A stretch of DNA of 64,000 nucleotides from Heptranchias perlo (taxonomy: Eukaryota). Where the stretch lies: contig NC_090351.1 of assembly GCF_035084215.1 (NCBI RefSeq), positions 33,790,001-33,854,000 of the forward strand. The letters are read 5' to 3'. Below the pieces are notes generated by a model, which saw only the letters and a program-made list of their open reading frames with translations, ran no database searches and was not told the origin of the DNA. Shown here piece after piece: positions 9,964 through 20,060 of this stretch. How positions within the stretch are numbered: the first letter of the stretch is position 1; each line of letters opens with the position of its first letter. Position numbers and translations under genes: made by a program.

Positions 9964-10672
9964 TGTAATAAGACAGTTAGAGGAGCAGTAAAGGTGAGTG
10001 TTCTCACTTATAATTTACTCCTCAAATCAATAGGGCTCGCAACATTGAATGTCAGATGTCTCAGATTTATTAAGTCTACACCTGCATTTAAACATACTCT
10101 TAACAGCAGTACTTACGACAAGAACCTTACGAGTTAAGTCGGAGGACTCAAACGCGTTACAATTCCAACCTCAGTATGTTGGTTGCAGATCATAATCGAG
10201 TCCCGAGTATCTGTTCCAACACCTACTTTTTACACCTTTTTCTTACCCCCTCTACGAGACAGTCCACACGTTACTGTATTACCAAATACAAGTCCATATA
10301 AGGTGAATATTAATGATCTGCTTCCTTTGTTCCTTATCAATAATTTTAGCTTTTATCCAATTACTTTTCCATAGATCGGTACAATTCCCCAACCTTTTTA
10401 TCTTATCAAAGCTTCACTCTTGTTGCTAATCTATCAAGTGAAACTACTAATTTTAAATCTGGACCATGCCATACCAATCTCTTGCTTCTAAAAAGGATGA
10501 TGTGTTTGCAGATATTTCCTTCTGCAGCAACTGATTAAAGTTCTCTGCAGGAAGCACTGGAATGTTTTTAATTAGGTTTATTGTCTAAACTGACCATTGC
10601 TTTAAGGTCAGTCTTAATTCAACAGTTCAGTGGTTACTGCATCTAAATTGACTTACACTTCCTCACTCAACA
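9964..10672 (-). mobile_element. Possible solo LTR (in each unit)
   Basis: TG..CA termini, AATAAA on minus strand near 10066-10071 downstream of a TATA-like tgtaaaaa; no clear TSD found. Confidence 0.35.
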
Positions 10673-11345
10673 GGCTAAATACAATATAAAGAGAAATCAG
10701 TAACAGTATAACATTGGCAGATTTCAGGACAATCTGATTAACATAAATTAATGAGGCCCCCCGCCTGCTTTAGTGAGGCAACTCATCCACATGCAGAATC
10801 TTGCAGGTTCAAATCTGAAATGGCACGAATAGGTTGGGACCTGAGGGGGAGGTTTCTAACGACCTATCCGCTCGGTTAAAATCAACCCCTCCGTTTTTTA
10901 TAAAACACACTCAATATTAATTTTAACCCAATAAAGCTTTTGAAATTTATCCTCTTCTTCCTCAAAATTATTTGAAGAAAAATGACTGAGCCGAAATGCT
11001 CGATGATTAAGAGAAATATTCCATTTGTACAGCTGACTGAATTGTCCTATTGCATCCTATGAAATTAGCTACACTATAACTACACTGCATCATATGACTA
11101 CACTTCGGCAAATCCTTAACAAATGCAGACATATAATCTGAAAAATTGACACAAAAAGTGTGACAAAAATTTTACAAAAGGAAGCCAGGTTGTGCAGACA
11201 GAAAGTGGCCACAGACATAAATTTTTAATACGATCGAGATAGATCGAAAGATAGCCACCAATTCGAAGCACGCAGCCATCATTTTAGTTTTGATTTTTTT
11301 CTCCACTAATTTAATAGTCAAGTTCATTTAATGACCAATTCCATT

Positions 11346-11351
11346 TTTATT
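11346..11351 (-). terminator. Putative polyadenylation signal AATAAA of the receptor gene (also 28126, 45053, 61979)
   Basis: tttatt on + strand ~90 nt past the predicted stop codon. Confidence 0.5.
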
Positions 11352-11441
11352 GTACATTTGGTAAAACGGGAAAGCTGGATGAACAATGAATATTTGATCA
11401 GGACACAAAATTCCATCAAGGTAGATGCAATCAGGAAATCT

Positions 11442-11489
11442 TCATCTTGCCACGTTGGCCGACCTGTGGTGATCTGATTCGTTGAGTAG
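11442..11489 (-). CDS. Receptor copy A, exon 6: short cytoplasmic tail LLNESDHHRSANVAR*
   Basis: Acceptor attttcactttcag|, phase 0, TGA at 11444-11442, AATAAA ~90 nt downstream. Confidence 0.65.
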   Translation of the reverse strand, partial: LLNESDHHRSANVAR

Positions 11490-11910
11490 CTGAAAGTGAA
11501 AATATTTAATGCATCAGATTCATTGATATTGAGAAGTGTGCGTTATTTTACATGTCAGTTCTGAACAGAATTCTATCTGAAACTGTTAACAAGTTGAGGA
11601 AAGGCCTGCGATAGACTGGAGCTGTGTTGAGATCACACTCCTCCCTCCCCCATCACCATTGCACGTGTGCTGGGAAAAGGTGTCAGTTGTGCCCCTTTTG
11701 CTGGAACACCATTTTCTCACATTCAACATGGGTTTTTCTGCAACCGTGACGGTGGACAGTTGACATCAGAAAACGGTTGACTTTATTAAATATATTTTAG
11801 ATAGTCCAGTTGAGGTTCCCAGCAACAATAGAATTAGGTCTGTGTCTGAGCACCCTGGTGCTCGACTGGATAAACAAATCAGAATGGAATCTTTTCTTGA
11901 CTGTATTAGT

Positions 11911-12326
11911 ACAGCTTGGCTCAGTGGTAGCACTCTCATTTCAGATGTCAAAAGGTTGTGGGTTCAAGTCCCAGTCCAGGGACTTCAGCACATAATCTAG
12001 GCTGGCACTTCAGCACTGTGCTGAGGGAGTGCTCTATTGTCAGATGAAACGTTAATGGAGGGCCCCATCTGTTTGTTCAGGTGGACAGAAAAGATTCCAT
12101 GACACTATTTGAAGAAGAGCAAAGGAGTTCTCCCAATATTCTGGCCAAAACAGATTAACCGGTCATTTATCTCATCTGCTGTGTTTGGGACCTTTCTGTG
12201 TGCAAATTGTCTGCCACTTTTGTCTCCATAACAACAGTAACACTTCAAAAGTAACTCATTGGATGTAAAGAGATTGGGACATCTTGAAGATATAAAAGAG
12301 TCTATATAAACGCAGGTTCTTTCTTT
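11911..12326 (+). mobile_element. Near full-length tRNA-derived DeuSINE (SacSINE1-like) in receptor intron 5 (also +16780, +33707, +50633)
   Basis: A box TGGCTCAGTGG, B box GGTTCAAGTCC, Deu-like core (ctatttgaagaagagc..gctgtgtgcaaatt), tail ..tatataaacgcaggttctttcttt. Confidence 0.85.
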
Positions 12327-12394
12327 ATTATATCTGTGACAAATATTTTTGAAAGAATTTTTGGAGTGTTTCATACAAAGTCCTTAATCCTTAC

Positions 12395-12485
12395 CTTAGT
12401 TTTTTTCGTACACGTTGTGACCGAAACAGTACAAATCACCAGGAGAGCAAAGAGCACCCAGCGTAGCACACTCCACACAATGTAA
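12395..12485 (-). CDS. Receptor copy A, exon 5: transmembrane SYIVWSVLRWVLFALLVICTVSVTTCTKKTK
   Basis: Acceptor tccccttttgctcag|, hydrophobic run followed by basic stop-transfer residues, donor AAG|GTAAGG; phase 2/0. Confidence 0.88.
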
Positions 12486-13343
12486 CTGAGCAAAAGGGGA
12501 GAAATACAAAATCATTCACAAGAAACGGGATTGCTTTGTGTCTGAAACATTTATCTCCTGTTTACACTGTAATCTTAGTATTTTGTATCAATGTAAAGCC
12601 GCAGAACCAAGGGACTTTAGCTGGGAAACTAAACTGTTGTTTGACTTATGGAGGAAAGTCAACTTTGTGATCATTAGATAAAGGCCAAATGAAGCAAAGT
12701 TCATTAACATGTCCACAATGTGCAGCTATAAAGGCACGGCACAATTTTATAATTGAGGACTTTATAAAAGTGACTGACCATCTGCCTGGGGCCATGTAAC
12801 AGTGGTAATATGTCTCCTCAGGGATGATCACAATAACATCAACCTGCAACTGCTCATCTGCACCTTCTTTCAGGCAATTGCTGAGCAGCTGGAAACAGGC
12901 AGCCTTCCCGTTCTCTCAGTTTGGAAACAGTGTATAACATGGGCAAACTGAGAAGGTGAAAATGACGGAGAATGCAAATGCCACTCCAGAATAGTGGAAG
13001 GCAAACCAGCATTGCTGGGGTTTGGCAAGTACAACTCATCTCACGCCATGAGATTAGGTTAGCGGTAAAGTAATGAAGGTGAATAATGCAAACAGCACCA
13101 CCTGAGGGGTGGCAAAATGGAGGTGCTTACTTCTTATTCTGATTCTCCACCAACAAAAATAGCACCTTTGTTCGGAAGCCAACACAACAGCATGATGTAA
13201 ATCCAGCCACCATTTCCATTATGGTGAGTTATAGCCTGGATGAGTAAATGTTTGTGAACCCTTGTGCCAAATTTCTTAAAGAACATTTATTCTCTCAGAT
13301 GGAAACAGTGCCAATCAAAACACCAGCAATGAGAACATTGTAC

Positions 13344-13467
13344 CTTTTGCTGGCAGATGTGGAACCTGAAGATGTGGTTCGATTTTCAGTGGAATTGATA
13401 TTTTTACTTGTGGAACATGGAGTTGTTGGTGACACTTTTGAATAAACTTCACATTCATATACAAGTC
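13344..13467 (-). CDS. Receptor copy A, exon 4: Ser/Thr-rich stalk GLVYECEVYSKVSPTTPCSTSKNINSTENRTTSSGSTSASK
   Basis: Acceptor cccttgcctcaatag|, open frame, donor AG|GTACAA; phase 1 in / phase 2 out fits both neighbours. Confidence 0.8.
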
Positions 13468-14253
13468 CTATTGAGGCAAGGGAATAAAGTTTAGATTCAC
13501 CTGATTTTCACTTGTGGTCAACCTAGAGAACACTATTGTTAAAAGGAACCTCAGTACTTGAGTAAAATCCTGGTTGGTATATTGGATTTGGATGCTTTCA
13601 TTTCTGTGTAATTTCCCCTCTCTGATAGCAAGGAGAGATGCTGCTAACACCTGGCAGCGGCCCATTTTTAGTGATATTTCAGTTATTTCCCCATATCCGA
13701 GTGTTTGCATTACAGAATTACTATTGGGACAGTTAAAGATCTCGGGTTGGTGGGTCTACAAACCAGATATTCCCTTTTTTGCCCCACGCAAACGTAAAGG
13801 AAAGTTAGAGCCAGGGAATGATCTCTGCCACCACCGGAAAGTGTATTCCTGGGCGCCTAGCAACCGCGATGCTGCCCTGGAGCGATGTCCTCAGTGGAAT
13901 AGGAACATCAGCAGTGCATTGAGCTCATCGGGAAATATTAGACCAATAATTACTGTTGTCGATATTAGTAGACAAGCAGTTAAAATTCGTAAGGCATTCC
14001 TCGTTTAAAAGAATGTTTCATTCAGAACAGCAGATAAAGGAATGTCACACGCACACATTAAACAGTCGCCTGCTAATACTGACAACGGTCAATTCTAGCC
14101 TTTTGGGGTCAGTTTCCTGAGCTTGCCAAGTGATGGGAAACCTCAGCCACCGGGAGTGGATATCGCATATCAGGGACAGGCTCGCAAACAGATGCAATAG
14201 ACATTAGTTTTAAAAATTCAGTTCCCATATTGTTTGTTTAAAGTAACACTTAC

Positions 14254-14577
14254 CAATGCTGCTGATTCGAGCCACATAACTGCAGTTTTTCTCTGATCTG
14301 TTCCAGACTGACACATCAACCATTTCACTGGATTTTCCTCCATTATTATTTGAGGCTCTGCAGTAATATTGATGATGAACTTGGGTGAAGGAAGAACATT
14401 GTAGATCCAGTTTATCAGATTCAGAGATCGTTAAATCTTCAGACGTGGCCTTTTTATACCATGTGTACCGAATGGGAAGGGACCCTTGGACAGACTCACA
14501 GGAGACTGACACTGAGCCCCCAAAACATGAGGCACTTGATGGTGATAAAAATCGAAGTACAGGAACAGACACAGATT
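14254..14577 (-). CDS. Receptor copy A, exon 3: Ig C2-type (FcR-like/PECAM-like) domain
   Basis: Acceptor ttctttcccacag|; ESVSVPVLRF..GGSVSVSCESVQGSLPIRYTWYK..YYCRASN; donor G|GTAAGT; phase 1/1, 324 bp. Confidence 0.92.
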
Positions 14578-14829
14578 CTGTGGGAAAGAAACAAACATTC
14601 AGACACTGACTGACTCTGCTTCTTGCACTGGATCCAAACTATCCCTGATCTTTAATGGGATGAGAGAGATTAAATAGCCTTCAAAAGCACCTGAAAGAAG
14701 AGGAACAATTGTGCAAGTTTTTGCTTTTTTTGAAAAACAGCAGCATAATTGATCCAGATGGAAATAATCTTCTCATCATTTTTGCTTTGATGAAACCCAT
14801 CATGAATTTGCCAGGTTGGAGCAGTCTAT

Positions 14830-15413
14830 GGGGTAGAAATTGGGATGTGTTTTGTTCCAATTCCGGGCGTAAAATGGTGCAACGTATACCAATTGCTGGG
14901 CGTGAAGTCCTGTGCCCGATTTGCATTGGGGCATGCCCACTGCCCTATTGGTCGACTCTGTTTTTAGGCGTCCCTAGTGGTCGCCTGAAAGCAGCGTTGC
15001 ATTAATTTAAATATGCAAATAAGGGTCCTGGGCATGTTTTAGGAACCTTCTGCAAAATTTTTGAGAAACTAGGCAGAGCATACACCGTGAATGTTCTGAC
15101 GAGCTTACCCAGCTCTACAGTGGCCTAACCAGAGTTCCTTAAAGAGACCCGTGGAGATCACTGAAGAATCGCGACTGCGCTCGGTCCCCCAGCGTTTTCC
15201 ACCGGTGTCCAAGCAGGACTTTCCTGAGGGCCGCTGGTGAATAGACAGCAGGCTCAAATTTGATCCCCAATGTTGGAAGTAGCCAGCAGCTCGCCTCTAT
15301 TATCAAAATGAGGCCAATTTCAGATGAGCCTCAGGCCTCTGGCTTCTTGGGGCGCGCTTTCAGCCTGTCGCTTATTTTGGGTCCAGAAATGAGCCCAAAA
15401 GAATTTCCAACCC
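14830..15413. mobile_element. Harbinger-type MITE in receptor intron 2 (584 bp; also +16780, +33707)
   Basis: TIRs ggggtagaaatt / aatttccaaccc with a TAT direct repeat on both sides. Confidence 0.65.
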
Positions 15414-16266
15414 TATTGTTTTCAGGTGGGGGTTTGGTCGAATGTTGAATGCATTTCCAGGAATGGCCTGACCCAGGTCCAGTTTGTACCAGAACTCCCT
15501 CATATGGGAATTCTGCAACCAACATCGAAAAATCAAATGCTTTCCAATGTTCATTTTACTTCTGAGACAAAACCAGAATAAGCTTTCCTGTAACTCAGCC
15601 AGGCCCTGCCATTTTGGAACCTCACCAGCACATCTACATCTCCATGTCTCTCCATCCTGCGAGCAGCCTGAACTACCATGTCTAATATCAGAACATAGCA
15701 GGGCTCCAGATCAGGAGAGCAGTAATGATACTGGGGATGTGTCAATTTGAAAATCAGGGCTAACAATTTCTCTCAGTGGTAGGTTACCAGCCTCCAATGC
15801 TGTTTAATTGTTTGACACTCGAACATGAGCTAGTTGGAGAAAGTCCGAGAAACCACAGCAGAATATGAGTGCAAAAAACTGGAGATTTCTACACATGTTC
15901 TGTGGCTTTAGACAGGGAGAGTAATTATGATTGGTTTCAGCGAACTGCAGCTGAAAAGCAACCCTTTATCTCAGTTTTATTGGAGCAGCCAAAGCACAAA
16001 GGTGACCAGCTTGACACTTTCAATGAGAATTGTCAGGTCTTCAGTGCTGTTGCGGCCACACCCTGTTCTCAGAAACTGATTAGGACAAAATTTGCTTTGT
16101 GACTGGACAGTCTCTCTTTGAAATGTTACTGCTTGCCAGCCTGTCCCTCAGCACTTCCCTACTCACCCACCCAGATCCATTGAAAAATCAATAGGAGGTG
16201 TAGAGGATGTAGAAGATTGTATTTAGTATTTGATCCTTCAGGAGGTTTGCTTAGGAGGAAGATAAT

Positions 16267-17010
16267 GGGCCATAATTTGCTGTGGCAGAGCATCCAACGG
16301 TGTTTGCCGTTGGTTAGACTTGCCCTTGCTCGTTTAGGTTTCAAATTGTTTGCGGGTAAGTTACTGAAAGTGCGAGTTGATAACATCGCAGCGAGGGAAA
16401 CAGGGCATCTGGGACCTGAGTGGACAGAGCAAGAAACCATGTATCTCCTTCACCAGTCAGATTCAAGGATTTTGAAATAATCAATGCAAGGATTGAGAAG
16501 GAAGTGTAAATGACAATGGATTGAATGTCCAATCAGGTACAGAAAGAGAAATAAAGAGAGGGAAAGAAGGATTGGATGAAGAGAGAAAGAAAAAGGAAAT
16601 GTACATTTTTAAAATCTCCAACTACAATTAAAACCTGAAGGATTGAAACTCCACACTTGTAAGTTTTCAGTGCCAAAGAGGTTGCTTGGCAGTAAATAAC
16701 ACTTATCACGTTGTTAAAAGGGTACTCAGACTTGAAATGACTTGACTCAACTTACTGTGGAGAGTTTAATTTGTATCTACCGTGCAAATACAGCAACTTC
16801 ATGCCGTTCAATGTATTTCAATGGTGCGGCAGACAGCAAGATGCCCTTTTTGTGAAGCTAAGGGCAGAATGGTGCAACTTGGACAGCAACTTTTGGATTT
16901 CTGTGTTTAACCAGGCATCTGCCCCTCGCCTGAATTTGCTGCACCATTTGCGTGTAAATAATGGCGATCGCCATTAGTCTCACCGCTATTTTGACAGCAA
17001 AATCTGGCCC
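16267..17010. mobile_element. Harbinger-type MITE in receptor intron 2 (744 bp; right end also at 1-230; other copies 33047-33790, 49974-50717)
   Basis: TIRs gggccataatttgctgt / acagcaaaatctggccc (15/17 match); flanks aat/aac. Confidence 0.7.
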
Positions 17011-17611
17011 AACGTGACAACATGAATAAAGAGGCTTCTTTTACCATCAAGAGAGTGATCTAGCTTTTCAATTTTAAGTTTAGCTCGCTTGTAAAGTTGA
17101 ACTGTATTGTGCTGACCTAAGTATCTGGTTGATTCTGTATGCCTCCCATCAGATCAGGAAACCTACAAAAATCTGTTACGCTCTTGTGGATTGATTCCAT
17201 TTTTAGTGTTTTCTAGGTATTTATCCCATTAAAGACTACTTGCTTCTTACTGCTTTTGTTATTGTCTTTCTATTAGTTTTTGGCCTGAATGTAAACATCT
17301 GACAGTGTGAAACTTGATACAGTTCAGAGACAGGAAGATGTGTTGAGCATCCATGTGAGGTCTGGTGTAATACACTGCAGTTAAAGTAACTGTTGGTCCC
17401 ATAATACGTGAAATTTTTGGTTGGATAGTTGGACAGGCCACGAATTGCGTGTGAGCAACACGAGTCGTATTTCCAGACCTCTGCCCACTTCCTGGAAGAC
17501 TCTGCACTGCTGCGGAGCCTCGGAAAATCAGTGCTGTATTTTTCTTCCCAGATGAAACATTGAACAGACATTTTAGTCGTGTATAATAAAGTATATCACT
17601 GAGAAAAGTAC

Positions 17612-17935
17612 CGTAAGATATTTGTAGTCGTAAGTTAAACCTTGGATCGATGCCAGATTGTTCAATACCACAGCTGTACCATCCTGTATCTCCCGAGCGA
17701 AGAGCCTTCATAGTAACAACGAATATTCCTTCTCTCTTGTTATCTGTGATTGACATTCTTCCTCGCTGTCCATCTTGCTCACTTGTTTTTACTAAAACTG
17801 AACAACTACTAGTCCAGCCATGACACCAGTATTTCACATATGACCAGTACGTATGTTTGTCATAGTGACAGTCTATTGTGATCGCTCTTCCCACAACTCC
17901 ATTTACATTTTTTTTTGCCCACAATGCACCTGAAA
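17612..17935 (-). CDS. Receptor copy A, exon 2: CD300/pIgR-like V domain
   Basis: Canonical Cys-Trp-DxGxYxC plus the extra KYWC...C pair typical of CD300/pIgR/TREM V domains; AG/GT boundaries. Confidence 0.92.
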
Positions 17936-20023
17936 CTGAGAAGACAACACTTCAGAAATTGAACAGGAAGTAACTGCTAAATACAAACAGATACATTTTT
18001 ATAAGAACTTCCACTGTGTACAGAAGAATCTCTCCACTACGTCCATTAATACAGTTGAATTCCTTGTAGTTTGTGATGAAAGAAAGAACATTAATTTCGT
18101 GCCTTATCACATCCTCACGATGTCCTAAAGCACTTCCCAGCCAGTGAATTACTTTTGAAGTGTCGTCACTATCTTTGAACAAGAACAGCAACAACAGCTT
18201 GCATTTATATAGCACCGATAACATAGAAACTCAAGCTAAGACATAATCAAAAGTAAATGGATACTGAGATAAGGCAGGAGATATTAGGAGAGGTGTGTAA
18301 CAGCCTGGTCAAAGAGGTGGGTTTTAAGGAGGGTCTTAAAGGAGGAGAGGTGGAGGATTTCATACAGGGAATTTCACAATGTGGTGCCAAGTTGGTTGAA
18401 GGCAAACCCATTCCCACTAATGGTGGGGCAAAGGTAGGGATCGATGCACAAAAGATCACAGTCAGCGGAAGGGAGATTTCGTGAGGGAGTTGGTGAGTAG
18501 GGCTGAAGGAGGTTACTCAAATAGTGAGGGGCCATTTCATGAAGGAATTTAAACACAAGGATGAAAGTTTGAAGTTTTGAGAGACCGAAAGCCAATGTAG
18601 GTCAGCAAGGACAGGGGTGATAGATGAGCGGGACCTGATAGCAGAATTTTGGATGCGTTGATGTTTATGGTGGGTGCAAGAGGGGAGGCAGGCCAGGAGA
18701 ACATTGGAATAGTTCAATCTGGAGGCAACAAAGACATGGATGTGGGTTTCAGCAGCAGACGGGTGGAAGTAGGCAGACTTTGTAATGAACTTGATATCTG
18801 CAGGAAAAGTGCTCCAGATTGTCTGTAAGATCAATGAGCAAGACCTCGAGGGTATTAATCACAGGATTATTCCCAGTGCCACATGGTAATCAGTATAAGA
18901 ATAGTAAGATAAGAGAAGTAATTTTGTGACTGGAGAGATGGTTCAGAAGAAAAGGGTTCATATTCCTGGCACCTTGGGACCAGGTGTGGAAGAGGAGCAT
19001 CCTGTAGAGGACGGGAGGAGTTTACTTGAACAGCGCCAAGACCAATGGCCTTGCTGGGAGAGGAACTCATGCTGTGGGCAAAGAGTTTACTCCCAAATGG
19101 CAGGAGGGTGGTTAAAAATAAGCTGAAGAGGCACGAGGAAGAGGACGGAGGGCTGAGGATATAGGATAGATAAAAGAGGGAAATGGGGAGGGGAAAGAGA
19201 TCAGATCAGAAAGAGGAAGGTTTGAAAAGAGAAAGATTGCCATAACAGAGGCGTGCTTCAGTTGAATGTTCAAAAAGTATTCTGCATAAAATTGGCAAGT
19301 TGAGGCACAAATATTTATGGGGAGGTTTGATATAATAGAATTAACAGACTCATGGCTTAGAGTAGGGTGAGACTGGGAGTTTAACATTGCTGGTTACAAA
19401 ATAGATTAGTCCAAAATGGTGGCGGGGAGGCAGTATTAATCAGAAATTCCATTACAGCATTAAATCATAAAGATGATATGGGGCTGAATCTACTTGGTTA
19501 GAGTTAAAGAAGAAGAAGAAAACGGTTCCTTATTAGGAGAGTAATATCGACCAAACAGTGGGCGTCCTCTCCCAGTGAGGAACAGTTTCACTGACAGAGC
19601 CTCGTTAAACAATATTTCATCGGCTGTACTTTAAATAACGAAAACAGTTGCAAATTTGTGACATTTTCTATTTGAGGGATTATTACCACTGCAGTCTTCA
19701 GTGTATATTGGACTTCAGACTACATTATAAAAGTCACTTTTTTACGGATTAAAACTGGTTGCCTTTGCATTTTGATTGTTGCTTTTGCAGCTTTTAAAAA
19801 AATGAAATGGAACCTTTATTTTCCACTCACAATTAAGAATGCATTTTCGTCTGGCAAATAATACAGTGAAAAAGAGATACAAGACTATATGCAAATGTAC
19901 TTCTGCTGAGTATTTTGTGCCTTTACATTTCTCCAAATATTTAAACATCTCTGCTGTTTAAACCATACACGAGACTTAAACTAACACTGATTATCTGAAT
20001 ATCCAGCTCTGGCGGTCACTCAC

Positions 20024-20060
20024 CGGGCAGGGAACAAATGAGAAGAATCAGAATCCGCAT
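20024..20060 (-). CDS. Receptor copy A (11442-20060), exon 1: signal peptide
   Basis: Same as 3244-3280 at +16780. Confidence 0.85.

Larger units (their letters stand above)
1..16780. repeat. Tandem segmental duplication unit 1 (16,780 bp; phase arbitrary, set by window start)
   Basis: Sequence and ORF track recur at +16780 (e.g. ORF 456..791 recurs at 17236..17571; cgtgcaaatacagc at 1 and 16781). Confidence 0.98.

Noticed and set aside
11911-11990. tRNA gene
   Set aside because: A/B boxes continue directly into a SINE body and tail; no intact cloverleaf.
13574-14008. 144-aa plus-strand ORF and other 60-130 aa ORFs in introns
   Set aside because: Non-ATG starts, no recognisable domains, overlap repeat debris; recurrence only reflects the duplication.
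11442-20060. Calling the gene PIGR, CD300x or FCRL
   Set aside because: Architecture (one V + one C2, Arg TM, short tail) matches none of these one-to-one; orthology cannot be set without phylogeny.
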